This document shows, in pieces, positions 8,452-10,906 of a stretch of DNA of 10,906 nucleotides; position 1 is the first letter of the stretch; each line of letters starts with the position of its first letter. The DNA is taken from positions 5,737,269-5,748,174 of the forward strand of contig CM119264.1 of NCBI GenBank assembly GCA_051294375.1. The letters run 5' to 3'. This DNA comes from Paraspadella gotoi. Its lineage: Eukaryota; Animalia; Chaetognatha. A program made the position numbers and the translations under genes. The notes beneath the pieces are model-generated. The model searched no databases and had not been told where the DNA came from. It saw only the letters and a list, made by a program, of their open reading frames with translations.

Positions 8452-8477
8452 CTCTCTCTCTCTCTCTCTCTCCTCCT

Positions 8478-8511
<34 letters not shown>

Positions 8512-8526
8512 CTCTCTCTTCTCTCT
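8452..8526. repeat. (CT)n microsatellite
   Basis: CT run with single-base slips. Confidence 0.95.
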
Positions 8527-8602
8527 TTATAAATATAAATAAATGTTTAGCACTTTTCTCGCTGCCTCTGAAAATTTTGCTCATGGACGATGATCCATCT
8601 GC

Positions 8603-8664
8603 CTCTCTGTCTCTCTCTCCTCCCTCTGTCTCTCTCTCTCCCTCTCCTCTCCTCCCTCTTTCTC

Positions 8665-8725
<61 letters not shown>
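8603..8725. repeat. Imperfect (CT)n microsatellite
   Basis: CT run with interruptions. Confidence 0.92.
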
Positions 8726-8729
<4 letters not shown>

Positions 8730-8814
8730 CCTCCGCCCCAAAAATATTATTATTCCAACTCTAGTGGATTTCATTTTATGCAGACAATTCGAAATTTCTT
8801 AATCTATGGATGGA

Positions 8815-8920
8815 GAATCGGGGTAGAGCCTGGGTGGAATCGGGGTCGAATCGCGAGGAATCGGAGTTGGAATCGGAGTGGATAAAGGAATCGGGATGGA
8901 ATCGGGGTGGAATGGGAGAA
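8815..8920. repeat. 11-bp minisatellite (GAATCGGRGTG-like), noisy copy
   Basis: Repeated gaatcgggg / gaatcggag / gaatcggga motifs. Confidence 0.85.
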
Positions 8921-9086
8921 ATCTGAGGGTGAAACTAAGAAAGAATCTCAGTTAAAAGAGAAAAAAAAGAAGCGTGAATCTGGGATGGAATCGAGGTTAG
9001 ATTCAAAAGTTAGAATCAAGCAAAACTTAGTATATGTGAAAAAAAAAGAGAGAATGGTTGAGGAGTGAGAAGAGATATAGGAAAAA

Positions 9087-9125
9087 GGAGAGGAGGGAGG
9101 AGGAGGAGGAGGAGGAAGAGAGAGG
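9087..9125. repeat. (GGA)n trinucleotide repeat; counterpart at ~10623-10668
   Basis: ggaggaggagga runs. Confidence 0.85.
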
Positions 9126-9391
9126 AAGTAAAGGATGGAGAAAAAGTTGGAAAAGTGTGAAAAAAAGTTTGGGTCAAGGCGCAAGATTGAAGGAGAATCT
9201 TCAATTTCCTTTTTCAATTTATCTTTTTCCGCGAAAAAAATTTTCAATTCGTTCTTTGTTTATTTGTTTCAGTTTATATATGAAGGAGTTTTTTTATTTT
9301 TCCTCAAAAAGGCACACTAATTTAGAAATTTAGTGAAAAGAACTATGGTACGAACCATTAATAATTACAATATGTATACCTTACTTTTTTG

Positions 9392-9416
9392 NNNNNNNNN
9401 NNNNNNNNNNNNNNNN
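9392..9416. other. Assembly gap (25 N)
   Basis: Run of N. Confidence 0.99.
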
Positions 9417-9757
9417 TTTTTTTAAAGAATAATATTTATTGGCTAATTTCTGTCGATTCGTATTACCCAATATTTAATATTTCGATAAGAAAAACGCTTT
9501 TTTTCAGTTCTTCTTTCAGTTTCACTTTTTTATTTTTTTCTTTAGTTTTTCTTTTCTCTTTCTTTTCCAAGTTTCTCTTTTTACGTTTCGTGTTTTCAAG
9601 TTTGACCTTTGAACTTCCTTCATTCAAGTTTCAATCCTTCTTTCTTTACCTCTCTTTTTTAACCCTCTCTTCCCTTTACCTCTCTATTCCTTTCTTCTCT
9701 CTTATTTTTATCGTTTTCCTTTCACTCTCTCTTACCTTTCTCCCGGCCTTAACCTTT

Positions 9758-9761
<4 letters not shown>

Positions 9762-9797
<36 letters not shown>
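9762..9797. repeat. (TC)18 microsatellite ending a T/C-rich tract
   Basis: Perfect TC run of 36 nt. Confidence 0.95.
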
Positions 9798-9802
<5 letters not shown>

Positions 9803-10122
9803 GTACCAGAGAGGCGCCGCCAGCTGCGTCCCGTGAGATGGAGGACGTCGACTGTGAAATGCGAATCCATTTTCTTTTTTCACTCTCGATTGTTTTCACT
9901 CCTCACTCTTCACTTCACTCCACTTCAATTCTCTCTCCTCTGATTCTCTTCAATTTTTATATTAATTTGTTTTTCTATATGATATAGTTCTTAATATCCT
10001 CCAAACCCTTCCACAGCCCCAATCCCTCCTTCCCCCTTCAACACCCCTCTTCTCAACACGAAGATTCTCACCTAATTCCTGACCCGAATTCGCGGCTGCA
10101 TTTCTCCTTCGGTCCTATTTCC

Positions 10123-10153
10123 ACTCGGCCTCACCTTTCGGGGTGAGTCGAGT
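10123..10153 (+). other. Predicted stem-loop with TTCG tetraloop
   Basis: actcgg-c-ctcacct[ttcg]gggtgag-tcgagt forms 13 pairs (two G-T) with one bulged C. Confidence 0.6.
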
Positions 10154-10176
10154 CGGGTGACTTCCCAGGTTTCCGC

Positions 10177-10186
10177 AGCCAATCAG
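10177..10186 (+). promoter_or_regulatory. Putative CCAAT box (NF-Y-type motif)
   Basis: AGCCAATCAG matches the extended NF-Y consensus. This is a motif match only, with no evidence of function. Confidence 0.3.
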
Positions 10187-10235
10187 TCGCGTTGAGAGGA
10201 AGTGAATTTTCTCTATCCAATTTTGGTTCCACCTC

Positions 10236-10245
10236 NNNNNNNNNN
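10236..10245. other. Assembly gap (10 N)
   Basis: Run of N. Confidence 0.99.
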
Positions 10246-10906
10246 TCTCTCTTATTCCTCCGCCCCAAAAAATTATTATTCCAACTCTATTGGGATTTCA
10301 TTTTATGCAGACAATTCGAAATTTCTTAATCTATGGAGAGAATCGGGGTAGAGCCTGGGTGGAATCGGGGTCGAATCGGGATGGAATCGGAGTGGAATCG
10401 GAGTGGAATAAATGTGGAATCGGGATGGAATCGGGGTGGAATGGAGGAAATCTGAGGGTGAAACTAAGAAAGAATCTCAGTTGAAAAGAGAAAAAAAAGA
10501 AGCGTGAATCTGGGATGGAATCGAGGTTAGAATCAAAGTTAGAAACTTAGAATCAAGCAAAACTTAGTATATGTGAAAAAAAAAGGGAATGGTTGAGGAG
10601 TGAGAAGAGATATAGGAAAAAAGGAGGAGGAGGAAGAGGAGGAGGAGGAGGAAGAGGAAGAGGAGGAAGTAAAGGATGAGAAAAAGTTGGAAAAGTTGTG
10701 AAAAAAAGTTTGGGTCAAGGCTCAATATTGAAGGAGAATCTTCAATTTCCTTTTTCAATTTATCTTTTTCCGCGAAAAAAATTTCAATTCGTTCTTTGTT
10801 TATTTGTTTCAGTTTATATATGAAGGAGTTTTTATTATTTTCCTCAAAAGGCACACTAATTTTAGAAATTTAGTGAAAAGAACTATGGTACGAACCATTA
10901 ATAATT
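10246..10906. repeat. Segment C second copy (runs to window end)
   Basis: Colinear with 8719-9366. Confidence 0.96.
10340..10449. repeat. 11-bp minisatellite, 10 in-phase units
   Basis: Units start at 10340, 10351, 10362, 10373, 10384, 10395, 10406, 10417, 10428 and 10439 (e.g. gaatcggggtc, gaatcgggatg, gaatcggagtg). Confidence 0.92.

Larger units (their letters stand above)
8719..9366. repeat. Segment C, duplicated at 10246-10906
   Basis: Colinear from tctctcttattcctccgccccaaaaa to gaactatggtacgaaccattaataatt, with high identity and small indels. Confidence 0.96.

Noticed and set aside
7517-8885. ORFs with (SL)n or (RE)n runs
   Set aside because: They are translations of GA/CT microsatellites.
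8815-8920. Human satellite II/III-like (GGAAT)n or telomeric repeat
   Set aside because: The period is 11 nt rather than 5 or 6, and the array is only ~110 bp.
9389-9943. 184-aa hydrophobic F/S/L-rich ORF resembling a membrane protein
   Set aside because: It starts at an N-gap and simply reflects a T/C-rich tract.
10123-10160. Rho-independent terminator or tRNA/SINE
   Set aside because: No U-tract follows the stem, the context is eukaryotic, and I could not identify a cloverleaf or Pol III A/B boxes.
4187-10245. Duplicated segments as LTRs or terminal repeats of a mobile element
   Set aside because: Repeat boundaries mostly coincide with N-gaps. I found no TG...CA ends, PBS, TSD or internal coding region.

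Overview
The window is non-coding, repeat-dominated eukaryotic DNA from a fragmented draft scaffold. It has five N-gaps (25, 25, 10, 25 and 10 nt). I cannot support any protein-coding gene, RNA gene, CRISPR array or recognisable transposon ORF, and every long ORF in the track follows from low-complexity composition. The main components are a 57-bp tandem satellite in three patches, a ~2.8-kb polypyrimidine tract hiding a ~75-80-bp minisatellite, several (GA)n/(CT)n microsatellites and an 11-bp GGAATCGGRGT-type repeat. Several segments occur twice (1-180 ~ 3254-3480; 4212-4704 ~ 5585-6182; 5072-5533 ~ 7189-7687; 8719-9366 ~ 10246-10906). The copies differ mostly by small indels, and some are insertion-inflated, which points to unpolished long-read sequence and redundant gap filling rather than biology. 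The best leads are a self-complementary GC-rich island with a TTCG-capped hairpin and a CCAAT box (10049-10211), a template-switch-shaped inversion (4735-5061), a GGAA-loop hairpin (4636-4666) and the satellites themselves. I found no convincing novel biological system.
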